Positions 51,568 through 64,000 of a DNA stretch of 64,000 nucleotides are shown here, piece after piece (position 1 is the first letter of the stretch; each line of letters opens with the position of its first letter). The notes under the pieces are model-generated. The model did no database searches. It saw only the letters and a list, made by a program, of their open reading frames with translations, and was not told the origin of the DNA. The translations under genes were made by a program, and so were the position numbers. Source of the DNA: Nageia nagi (Eukaryota > Plantae > Pinophyta); contig JBITNC010000001.1 of the NCBI GenBank assembly GCA_050084985.1, positions 95,790,001 through 95,854,000 of the forward strand. Direction: 5' to 3'.

Positions 51568-54500
51568 TTGTAGAATATTGAATATATTGAATGAAAATAA
51601 ATAACTTAGGTTTATCATTTTGGGTAATTGAAATAATTAAGAATCATCTAAGTTAATTTGTATAATCAAATATTAGGTTGATTTCATGATTATAAAAGCA
51701 TGCAAAAATCTTAATTTTAATTTGCATAAGTTTATAATAATATAAAATAAATATATTTAGTCACTTCCTAAGAATTTTTCTTTAATCCTCCATATTAGAT
51801 TGTCAAAAATCACCTTAGTAAGAGACTTTAGATTCTAGCATCTTACAACTAGTTTATGTCAAAGAATGATCTCATAATATCACTCATTACTTATAATATA
51901 ATATAATATCACTCATTGCTTATTCACTTGTGTTGTATGCATTTCATGGCTACATATTATTTGTAATATTATATATTTGATATTATATAACAATCATTAG
52001 GATAAGGATAGTCCATTTTACCTAATTTATATCATTTCTATTGAGCATCTTAAAGTTTTCACCATTTGTACGATATGAAAGTATTTGTATGGAACACTTA
52101 AGCAATATAATTATCCTAAGGTCATTTCCCATTTTTCATATGAAAGTATCAAAATATCTTAGGAAAAAATAAGATTTTAAATATAAAAATAATTTTGATT
52201 CAAGGAAATCAACATTCTAATCACATTTATACTCATTAACGAAGTAAGCAACTTCATATTGATTGAACATGTGTGGGGTTGTTTGTTGATCCCCTTACAA
52301 ATTTAATTTTTGTTCCAAATTATGTTTAGAAATCTTTGAAGTTTTTGGTAATGATTATATTACTACATGTGAACCTATTTCTATAGGTACCATTGATGCC
52401 TTCAAAAACAAATTCATTAGAATAATCTCACTAATTACAACTTTGATAAAATTTTAGTTTAAATAAAGGATCTTTACATTTGGTAAAATATTGTTAAAGG
52501 GTATATTGGATGTATTCAAGAGGAATACTAGGAATATTAAACATAATGCATTAGATAAAAGGGTACGATATAATATTATATGTGGAAAATAATATAAATA
52601 GATAACAAATGGTCAACTTATGACATAATCTCTTTGATAGTTCTATAAGACTAAAATAAACTCAAAAACAAGGTTAGACATTATAATTCCTTGATTTTAT
52701 CATAATCATGTATTTAAGAGGAATATGGGTTTATGCAATGACATCTATGGTAGGATGAAAAAGACTTGTAATATAGTTAACAAAAAATTATCAATATATA
52801 TGTTTGGGCCTACCATGATATCCAACATGAAAACTTCTTGAATCGGTTAAGCCTCTATTTCACTTAGGTTTTGATAAGGAAAGAAACATGATACAAAAAA
52901 AGGATAAAATGATTTTACCTTAGTTTAATTTCAAACTTACAAGCTCATAAGTTATAATTTAAGTTCTTTCCCATATCTATAGGAATCATTCAAGTGCTTT
53001 GTCAATATTGCAATGCTTCATCAATATCTATTCATACTAAAAAAATATTGCATACTCAAATTTTGATCTATGGATTCTATTTGTCAAGGTTTTCTTTACT
53101 ATTTTTCATGAAATGAAATGAATCATTGCATAGGAGATCTACAAAATCATATGTTAAAAATATTTAATAATAGCATAAGTGTATTAATATTAATCAAGAT
53201 GATCATTTTTAATTCAATGGCTAAGACACAATACGATAGGAAACATCCTAACATCAATGGTGTAATCCTCCAAGAGGAATTGAATTGAGATAGGGCATGA
53301 TTGAAAAAAAAAAAAAGAAGTTATGAGATTTATTCAAAAGAGTATAATCCCAACTAGACTATTTGAAAGTATTACAAAATATTGTTACAATGAATGCCTA
53401 GAGTATTTAGAGGATTATCAAATAGATAAAGGTATTCAAGAATCAATATGTTAACATAATAAGAATTAAGTTAGCTAGAGAAAATTATAGGAATTCATTT
53501 GGTTTAAATAGATCTAAGCATCATTCATTGCATTAAAGTTCAAAGTTAGATCGAGAGAGGAAGTAGATGGATGAGAATTATCTTTCATGTAAAAAGGAAT
53601 CGAGAGGAATAAAAATGAATCAAATGTTGTTTGCATAGTCAATAAGTGGTAGGATAGGTGCTTTATGTATAAAATTATTTGGTCATTACCAACATTATTT
53701 CATATCTATGAGAGTAAGAAATAAATCTATCTGTATAAATAGATTTAGATAGATTGGATGTCAAAATTGATTTTCTACATTTATCTTTTGATATAGAGAA
53801 GGATTACCTTTCCCTTTACTTATGTATCAAATTGGCACAAATTAACCTAACAATTTCAATCTCAATTCAATTTTTTATTTGATATTTATTTTTAATAATA
53901 TGAATAATATTAAGTTTAATGCTAAATTAAATTTCAATTTAACTTTTAATATCATAATTAATACCATTTTTATAAGGTAAATTGAAGGAGGTTTTTATAC
54001 ATGGGACCCAAAACCTATATTTATAAAATGATATTAAAAATATATATCAAAATTGATTTACTATGACAATAATTACTTGGAGAGAGACAATCATCATATG
54101 AGGTGCTCCTTCATAAGTTCTTAAAGGATGTGTTCTCTAACGATACCCTCAATTGTGAATGTCAACAAAAGTCATGCCTTTGGGACTATCAACTATAGAT
54201 TTTGATGAGGACGATGAGCTAGTTTGCCTCCTCCTTAGTAACCTCCTTTTATCTTAGAACATGGGGTGACCATATAACGATGTTGACAATGCTAGTTAGA
54301 GGATTGTCTATGCATGTATCTTCATTAATCTCACAATTTTTAGTTAGGGGATTAACCATAGTAGTTTTGTAATGAAGCAAAATTTTTAATGAGTAAATAG
54401 AAAATCATAAAAATTCCTGTATAATTATGGAAAAGATAAAAATTCATTAGAATGTATCTTTTGGTGGAAGTATTATAATGCACAATAATTATTAGTTTAG

Positions 54501-55171
54501 TTTGAAGAGAATTTGAGAGCTTGAAATAAAGGGATCATTCACCAAATACCAAGAGTAATTTTTAAAGTTATGATTTTATGAGGTTGAGTAATCTTTTCTA
54601 GGAAATCTATCTTATGAAAAAAAATTATAATTTTATTAGCCTCTATCATTTATAAGTCATAGTTTAGTAATTTATGGTTGTTTTGAAGAGAACTTTGGAG
54701 AGTTCAAAGAAGGTTTGTTTTATCAAATTTTGAGAATTATGAAGTTATATATTTTGAAGCTTGAGTAGTTTTTGTAATACCTTAGTTTATAGCTATATTG
54801 GGTATGAACTATGGAGTAAAAACTACTACCTAAATATTTGCTAAAAACTATTTTGATTTATTCAATTCCATAAAGATGCTTAATTTGAAAATTAAAATAG
54901 CAGAGTATATGTAGCTGTAAAGTATTTAAAAAACAAATTTTAGTAAGTGTTCAATGCAAAATAATAAGAATGAATAATGAATCAATATGGAGAAAGTTGA
55001 TGAATATATCGTTAAGAACTATAGTCTATAATAAACTGAATATTTATAAAAAGAAATTGCAATATAGGTATTTGCTTGAAAAATAAAAATATAAAATTGA
55101 ATTAACTTTCATCAAGTATTATTTGATATTAATGTTTAAAAAGTGCATGAGAAAAATAGAAATTATTTTTT

Positions 55172-55790
55172 GTAGATCTTACAACTAATTAAAACTTCAT
55201 CAACACGGATTTGACATAATGTTTGCATCTTTTAAACATGGAAAAGTTAAAACTTTATGATGGTGAGAAATTAAATCATTTATGATTTCAAACTAGTGTG
55301 ATAGGATCACTGTAATCTTAGGAAGGAAGCGACAGCCTTGTCCTGTTTCTTTTACAAACATTATATTAAGAACAATGATTGTTCTCCATATTCCAAATAA
55401 ACCGAATGGCTCCACAGATTTGTCAGAAAATAATAGGGTAAGGTGATATGGCATATTGAGAATGAATTACTCTAGTTTCTTGTCTTCTCTATATTGTTAG
55501 CAGTCGTATGATAAACACATTTGAGGAGAGAAATGCAGACAGTGATGAGTGTCCATTAGAGGGAATCCAGATACGATACGTCCCGATCAAGGAAGCTGTC
55601 CACAGCGATCATATCCGGGAGATGAATGCGTAGGCGACAAAGTTATGTCCGAACTTTGTATTGGGTAGTGATGGAATTGGACGTATGACAAGTCATGATT
55701 TCACAGACTGCTGCCGAGTGCAGCTGGCCGTCCCGGATGGCCAACCATAGCCGAAGGGAGAGTAACATTTTGGTGCTTCTTCGAATCAAA
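55172..55790. other. Conserved core, copy 3
   Basis: ~98% identical to the copy 1 core over the first ~470 bp. Confidence 0.85.
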
Positions 55791-55821
55791 TAGGTAAGGA
55801 GAAAGAAATCTTAAAACTAGG

Positions 55822-56509
55822 TTTTTCTTTTTTTTTTTTTGAATGAAAGAGTTAGTTATATTAAAATAAAAGTAATCTCACACAAAAGTGTTGGTGGTGG
55901 ATAGAAACACATTTAGGAGTAACCAAATTAATCTTAACTGTGAGTTGGGAGGATAAAACTATCAAAAAATCTAACCTAAATAAGTCGGTTACAGTTCAAA
56001 ACATAAATAGGACAAAATAACCATCAACTAGAATTTAAGAAGCATCATGAGGTGTGCCTTGTGCAGGCATATCTTTGAGTTGCATGGTATCCCACATTTT
56101 TTGAGCGATTAGAAGGATGTCCCAACCATCACCCTTGTGCACATAATTGGCTTCGTCGAAGGCATAATTATTGTCATCAACCCACCCATGAACTTGCGAA
56201 GGATGCAGGGGCTATGGAGTATCCCATCCATAGGAAGCATTCACTACGGTGCCCCACCCAGCATTAATGGCAAGCATCACCCCATCTTGCATGATGGTAT
56301 GACCCAGCACTTTAATTTCACCATGTCATCACAAAGAACTCGCACCATGTTCAGTTGTGGGTAGTAAGACGGAGAAATTGTGACCAATGATGCCCTCTGG
56401 AAGGAGACCATGCTCTCTTTGGAGGCCTCTATTGAGACTAACGAATGAGAACATTGAACATAAAGCACCTGGTTTTTTGGGGATACTCGACTGAAATGAA
56501 CATGGCACA
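55822..56509 (-). mobile_element. 5'-truncated poly(A)-tailed retrocopy (LINE 3' end or processed mRNA)
   Basis: T-run at 55822-55840 is poly(A) on the minus strand, preceded by AATATAA and a T-rich UTR. Decayed ORF ends ..GTPHDAS*. Empty site ttaaaaccttggtctccc at 9231. Confidence 0.8.
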
Positions 56510-57321
56510 TTGGTCTCCCTTTGCCTTTATAATTATTTATCTAAAACTTGGATGAGCCCATAAGCAAGTTTATTGGTATAGAACAATAAAAGTATTATGT
56601 TATCCATCTTTGAAGGAACATGTGTGTTCAAGTGGATTTTTTAAGGATCTCAAAGAGTTTTTTAGTATGTAAGTTGAAGATACTTTGCATTCATTGGAAT
56701 TTTGTGGTACCTTTTGAATACATGTTATCAACATCAATTTGTGATCTACAAGATTAAGGATCATCTTCATATGGAGGATCATTTCAATTTTATCTCCATC
56801 AATTTCATCTTTGACCTTTGTTATTCCTAGGTAAGTAAATAATGGGGGTTAGGATTAATGTACAATCATTTCTAACCACAAAAATAAATAAAGGTGCTAC
56901 CCTATATGTCTCCCTAAGGAAAACTTTGACTCTTTTAGCTACCCTGCTTTTCCTACACTCCTAGCTTCTCTTGCACTTTCAATCCCTTCTCTGCCTCAAC
57001 CCCTTTCACCTTCTACTTCCATCATTTTATATCCCCACCCTATCATCTTTGCTACTTCTTAGACCATCATGGTTTTCTCGCCAAGTTTATTAACCACATA
57101 TTAATCTCCAAATGGACCCTTAAGTTCTCAATCCTCAATGGTTGTCCAACATTCATGCAACCTAGCTTGATTTAGAGAGAGTTCTCCTCTAAAGAATCAT
57201 TGCCAAGCATACTTCCTTCACAAGAGCTACGAGCACTTTATTTTAAATGTGTTTCAATCTCTCATGGATTTGGAGGATCAAAACATCATTTATGGATATA
57301 TATGATCCTCAATGATCTCCC

Positions 57322-59680
57322 ATGATCTTTCTATCATGGGATGTCAAAGAGATGATGGATGAAATGCCTAGCCTACACAAATTATCCAACATAACTTGTT
57401 ATTATGAAAATCTCAATTTCCCCTACCTTTAGGAAGTTGAAGCTATAGATTTTATTTTGCAAAATAAATGTAACTTTATTTGTCTAAATAACCACTTTTA
57501 TGTTACTAATCATTCTCTTAGGCGAGGAGGACTATTCTTTTCATGGCACCTTAATGGCATAGCCATTTTTTTGTTTGGGGAGTGGATCCATCCAATTATG
57601 CCATATGGATTCTTATAGAAATTAACGGGCAACCATTTGGTATAGTTAATGTTTCTGTCTATAATAATGCTTATAATAGATGCAATATATGGAATTAACT
57701 TATTTTTCTCTGTATCCCATTTAACATGGGTTCCATATGGTGACCTTAATATGATTGAGAGGCGATTTGATAAATTCATCTGACTTTTAATGGATTGGAT
57801 TGTATGGTAGTGGGAAGCTTGGTAATTAATGAAGAATAACCTATATTTATCATATCATAATTATTTCTTTTGACCTTATGATTTTCTTAACCATTTATGA
57901 TTCATAATTTCTAACCTTCAAAATATTCTTTATAGTTATGAAACATTTTGAGTAGGCTATGTTGTCTAATAAATATTCCTTCCAATTTCTCACCTTTCCA
58001 AATCTACATCCTTAATGGAAGCCATCGTTAGATGCCATCAACTTTTATCATGCTTACATAATTTTTGTCAAGCTTACGATTCTTTTTCATGTCAATTTAA
58101 GTTGTGATTTTATATTAACACTTCTTTCTCCATCACCCCATCATATTTATTCATATTTTTAGATTTTATAATCTTTTCCCTCAACTAAGATTTTGGATGG
58201 ATTTAATTTTGGAACAATGCCATTCATTGAACAACTTATATCTTACAAAGTATTAGGTGGAAGTTGACTAGGATAAGATGATATTTTATTGCTATTTTGA
58301 AGAAGTTCTCCAAAGATTCTCTTAATCTTAAATCTTTCCCATTAAATGTCTCTCTAGAAGCACATGTGGTCAAGTTGCAACATGAACTCAAATGAGCTAA
58401 ATTATCCTACTTGATTACAAAGAAGCTCTCTTTGGAAGGTAAGTTTTAGATTTATTCTAAGGTGCTATCTAACACTCATGTTTACTATGTTGGGTACCAT
58501 CTAATACCAACTACCCAAAGCTAGTAAATATTTTTTATGACTTCTTATGATCCATTTCTTCTTAAAAGGTTAAGGTTTTAACCTAGTGGCTTAGGATATC
58601 TACTACATTCCCAAAGTTTTAGGGGTATGGTTCTCCTTGACAATAAATGTCAAGGCATGATACTCTATATCAAATGGATCATTAGAGTATTAAAGGAAGG
58701 CAATCCTTGAAAATCCTCATCTCTTATTTCATCTTTATTATCTCCTCCTTTGGTCATAAAGATTGAAAAGGGTTAAATTTTCCTTTATTATTGATAGTAA
58801 TAGTTTCTATAAAAATTTTGGGCTCATTTATTTTCAAAAGTATTTTCCAAGCTTGAGAGGCCATTAAGATTTGGCTTAAATGAAAATGTAATGATTTTAG
58901 AAATGTGTTATCCATTAATGCCCTTAGTCTTTGGTGGTCCCCTATTTTAACCCTATAGGAAAATTCATTTGCCTAGGTCCTATGGATTCGTAGACAAGGT
59001 TTTAATTCAAACATTGGATTGAATTCCTTAAGATAATTTTAATAATAATTTCAAATTTAAAAGTTTTGATAAGAAAAATTTGAGATCATCAATGAATACA
59101 AACTTGATTACATGATATACAAACTATGCATCTACTATGAGAGATCCTAGTGGAAGTATTGGATATGGTATCTTGATACACTTATGCATAACTAGATGGC
59201 CATACAAGGTTGTTCATGGCTATGTCCCCACTTGCCAATGGTGGAAAAAATTAACAAGATATGGGGTCTACATTCTCATAGGTCTCTTTAGGCCTTCAAG
59301 TTTTAGATAATTTGGGTCTCCTACTTGGAGCTTAAACAATCTTTCTTCACTTGGAGTCCCCTTTATCAAGGGTTACTATGAGGTAATCACCTTAAGGATT
59401 TGGGTTTATCTATCCACTTATGCCCATTACTTTAAGCCTCTAAAATTCCATGCACCTTGTTTAGATATGTATTAATGCTCAAGATGCCTAAAGATGGATT
59501 TATTAATCTTCCAACCTTTTTACCCAATATTTTTCCTTGGTAATAAGTTATTACGTGAGATAAACTAGATTTTTTTAATTTTTTTCCTTGAAGTTTGGTA
59601 TCTCTTATGAATAGTATTATTTTCATTATGAAAAGTAAGAAATGAAACTATTTTTTTTATATGTTCTCATATTATTTTCT
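57322..59680 (+). mobile_element. Ancient L1-type LINE remnant in the unit, copy 3
   Basis: MIFLSWDVKE, L*EVE, WVPYGDLNMIE, and CPTCQ zinc-finger remnant at ~59223. Confidence 0.6.
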
Positions 59681-62580
59681 TTTGTATTTTTGATAAAGTT
59701 ACAATGATATTTGATGTGCTTCTCCATATATGTTTTTGGGTTGATAAGGTGGTGATGGAGCTTGATCATTTATGGAAACTTATTGGCCATTAAGCTATAC
59801 CCCTTTCACAATGAGTCATATCCCACTTAGTAGTCTTCTAGGTATAGATATCAATATTTTTGACATCATCGTCCAACTCTACATGGATACTCTAGATCCT
59901 CAACCCACCCTCATTCATAACCACTACATCCTATATTATTTAGTGTAACTCATAATACTAGTGACTAGGATACACACTCTAAAAAATAAAATCCATCATT
60001 AGAAGCAGTTACTTTCAAGGACTAAGATGCATGAGATAAGACAAATGTTCTCCTATCATAACGATGGTGTCCTATTCCTTATCGAAACTAAGCATAGATG
60101 ATGATGATCGGATCACCCCTTTGAATATGATTTAAGTGTCATTTCCTAAGATGTTCCTATAGTTTCAAATATATTATTATTATTATTTGTTAATTCCTAA
60201 CCCAATATTAGGGTTAGTTTGAATAACTCATATGGGGGTGTTACTTATTCAAACATGCTTTTTGTTGTTGAGTAATAATGGTCTAAGGGCATACCATTTA
60301 TAACAAGATAATATGGTACAATAATTAAGAGGATCTATTAGGATTATTTTGGATAAATATTGGTTTTAGATCATAATATATTGCATAAAAGGGGTCCATA
60401 TTACATTATATGTAGGAATATAATGTAAAGAGATATTTAATAGACCACTTGTGGCATATCTCTCTAATAGGGTTTAGTACCTATTATATCATTGTTTTAT
60501 ATGATATAAGGAAGATATTATTACAACATCATTGTGGAAAATATATTGAAAGAATTACATACTTAGGAGGATTTTCCTTGAAGTTTCTATTAGATTTATT
60601 ACTTCTTAAGGAATATTTTATGATGTTTTCTTATCTTAAAGGTTCATATTTGATAAGTTATTCTCTCTTGTTGACTATTTTATTGTCTTTTTTTTGTAAA
60701 GACCAAAAACAAGCCACTTGGTAAATTGAAGGGGGGTTTTTTATATAGGAACCCAAAACATGTTATGAAAAAATTGCAATAGTTTAGGAAACATATCACC
60801 ACTATTTTTTGCATAAAAACTACAATTATTTATATCATATTACATTTCCTACATGTTATTTGGTATCCTAAAAATGGATAAACCATTTTTACACATTTCA
60901 AACTTATGGAGAATCTTTTCCTTTTGAATGGGATTACTACTAAACCATAGCATTTAGGCATGTTATTCTTGCAATAGTAAAAATTAGTCTTCTATAGTCA
61001 TTAAGTACAATATTCCTCCTTTCAACTAGCCTATGCATTGAGAGGATCCTACCTTTAGTTTGTTGCATCAAGATCTATTTTCATACATGAGGATATATTT
61101 CATAAATTTCTTATTAAAATTTGAGAGAATTCTACTGCTAAAGCCATTTAGGGTTATCTGCTTATTATTAGCAACTTGTTTGGTTGTTTCTTTTTCCCTC
61201 ACTTCTTCTCACTCAGGAATCCAATATGTTTTTATCCTATATTAAATTTTTGATGTTTTCATGTGAACCAAATGTCATTCTTGAGAAATTATATTTCTTT
61301 TACTATAGTTTCCTTCGAATTTGATTAGAGCTTAGACTCCTTATCTTGACACTCTACTATTCCTTATTTGTTAAGAATTTCCTTCTTGATTATACATTGA
61401 TCAACCTTAATTATTAGGATTTCCATTTTGTTGTATTTTCTTCACATTAACCATATAATGTTCAACAATTTCATCCCTAGTCTTTGGTTCATTTTTAATA
61501 TCCTTACCTATAGTTACCGCAGATTCTCCTTATGAAGACATGATCTATCTTCCATTTTTTTAATGGTTTCTTTTATAGAACTATTTGGGATTTTACCTTC
61601 TCTAATTTTTTGGCTCCTAATTCACCATTTGTTTCTTGAGTCTATTATTTATAAATTGTATTTATTATGATCTTCCTTGATAGCAAGATCCCAGGTTATG
61701 ACCAATATGTTTGTAAGTTAGACAATTGTAATTGTTATTTTCATAGAGTAGTTCATGGACCATTCTCCTAATTTTAATTCCAATATTATTTTTGGGGGAT
61801 ATTCACTCCAAATTTCATCATGATACAAAACCTTATATTCACCATTTGAGTTTGGTCTTTTATGACCTCATTTGTTGACATAAAATTTTCAAAGGATCTT
61901 ATGATACCCTTAAATATATTTTGGTGTCAAACTTTGAATGGATGATGTGGAAGGCTTAATAAAATTAGATCTATCATAATTTGAACTTTGAATGGCTTTA
62001 ATCTTGGGTTTTATTTTTTCATAAACAAACCTCGCTTACAAAAAAATAAGGCAAGTCCTTTTCCTTTACATTACCAAAGGTGAACATGATGTAATCATCA
62101 AGTATTATGATGAAATTGAGACTTCGTTTAATATTCCATATTAATTTTTCCATTTATAAATCATATTAATATTTGGCCTAGTTCTATGAAATTTTTCAAT
62201 CAAATTGCAATGCCCCCTTTTTATCAATTTAAAAACCCTCCTTCACCAAGAGGAATTAAATAAAGGTAATATTGCTTAAGTAATAGTATGGTATTCTTCT
62301 TCTTTATGTCACATCAATATTTTGATATCTTCATCTTCAATATTCAATCCTTATGATATTTAGGACCTGATATTTCTTCAAAACTTATCTACACAATACT
62401 TACAAGTTATCATTAACATATGATTGTGTCTTCATATGAAAAATATAATATAAATTATAAAATAAAACATGCAATAATATATATCTAATCTAAAAATAAA
62501 TCATGCATTAATGGATCTACATTATAAACTTATAACATGCATCAAACAATCCTATGGTGGAAATCTAATATGTATTATCT

Positions 62581-64000
62581 AATCTAACATGCAATGCAAA
62601 AAGTTTTCTATGTTGCAATGATGATCTATATCAAAAAACTAACATGAAGCTAATCTAATAATAGTAGTAATAAAAAGGAATACTAACATTATGCTTAATA
62701 GCTCATAGAGAATTGTAACATCACTTTGAAAGTACGATAAATAAAGTGACTAGAGGTTTTGTAAGAGGAGAGAGATAGAATTAGTTATAGTAGAGGCCAA
62801 TTTTGGTTTTATAAAGTTTCCTAAATATTTAAAAAAAACAAAAATAGGAAATTAGGTTTATTTTTAGTAAACACATGAAGAACACACAATTAGCACCTTA
62901 AATATCTAATTTTTTCTATTCTAAGATGAGGACAACAAAGTGAAAACAAAGGATAAAATTAGCTCAAGGATCAATTGACCAATTTTGGATCAACATGCCA
63001 ATTACGTAAGGTCAATCGATGGGCTAATTTATGATTCATTAGGCCAATTAGGACAATACATAAACATGAGGAATAAATGTACACATTTTCAATACCTACA
63101 CCTAGCTATAACTAGACTACAACTATTACATGAAAAGTAAATGAATGACTCTAATAACATTTACTAATACTTTATATCTCATTTTTACAAGTCATAACAA
63201 ATATATATCAAGGTGTCAACATAAATCCATGCAATTTGAGCATGTTTAGGAAGTTAGAGTTTTCATGTTTGTTTAAATTCTCTAGAGTATCTTTTTAAGT
63301 ATATAATATGAATAACTCAAAATTAATCCAAAGATAAAAACTTATTTGAATCAAGTTGATCATATGAACTATTCCCAATAGTTATAAAAATCATTCTCAA
63401 GAATGATAAATATGTATTGATTTTATAATATTAATTAATAAGTTGGTTATTAATTATGTTTATTATCTTATCTATATGTATATTTTTAAAAATAAATTTA
63501 TAACTTGTATTTATAATATTAATTTTACATATTTCTATATTAAGGCATATGATTTCTTATGCATGATTTTCTTAGTGTGATTATCTTTTGAATTTAATTT
63601 TTTTATTCAATTGTAGAACGTTCGAACTTCTTAAATGAAAATAAATAATTTAGGTTTATCATTTTAAGTACTTGAAATAAATTAAGATTCATCTAGGTTA
63701 ATTTGAATAATCAAATATTGGATTGATTTTATGGTTATACAAGCATGTAAAAATCTTACTTTAAATTTGCATTAGTTTATAATATTATAAAATAAATATA
63801 TTTAATCATTTCCTAAGAACTTTTCATTAATCCTCTATATTAGATTGTCAAAAAATCACCTTAGCGAGAAATATTAGTCTCTAGCATCTTACCACTAGTT
63901 TATGTCAAAGAATGATCTCATAATATCAATCATTACTTATTCATGGCTAGGCTACATATTATTTGTAATATTATAGAGTTGACATTAGATAACTATTATT
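62581..64000. repeat. Large tandem repeat, copy 4 (partial, runs off the window)
   Basis: Colinear with 2605-4050 and 50236-51990. Confidence 0.9.

Larger units (their letters stand above)
50236..62580. repeat. Large tandem repeat, copy 3 (12,345 bp)
   Basis: Colinear with copies 1 and 2. Lacks ~1.45 kb at ~54378 (copy 1 ~6305-7760) and carries a SINE and a retrocopy. Confidence 0.92.

Noticed and set aside
1-64000. CRISPR arrays, rRNA, tRNA or snRNA genes, prokaryotic operons
   Set aside because: No repeat-spacer structure or recognisable RNA-gene sequence; content is eukaryotic TE-derived. The remaining short ORFs in the track are not conserved between array copies.

Overview
AT-rich, CG/CHG-depleted plant nuclear DNA, probably gymnosperm/conifer (inferred from a Penelope-like GIY-YIG retroelement and a Tat-type Gypsy with aRH before RT). 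No intact host gene was found. From ~2605 to the window end the sequence is a head-to-tail array of a ~12.3-13 kb unit: copy 1 2605-23005, copy 2 23006-50235, copy 3 50236-62580, partial copy 4 62581-64000. Copies are roughly 80% identical by eye and mostly old retroelement debris. Each complete copy carries one ~0.55-0.6 kb CpG-retaining core (8603-9210, 42730-43277, 55172-55790); copies 1 and 3 are ~98% identical over its first ~470 bp. This core is the best candidate for an undescribed functional element (enhancer, ncRNA or small-ORF gene). Copy-specific insertions, each bracketed by empty sites in sister copies: a 12.7 kb Tat-like Gypsy (two PBS-like sites, no PPT, 3.5 kb extra ORF), a 7.3 kb L1 LINE with an extra 3' ORF, a Penelope-like element with a decayed hammerhead ribozyme, three solo LTRs, a tRNA-SINE, a LINE fragment and a poly(A) retrocopy. 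The first 1.6 kb holds a chimera of host-gene fragments (ABHD17-like plus glutaminyl cyclase-like). All alignments and family calls were made by eye and from memory, not by computation.
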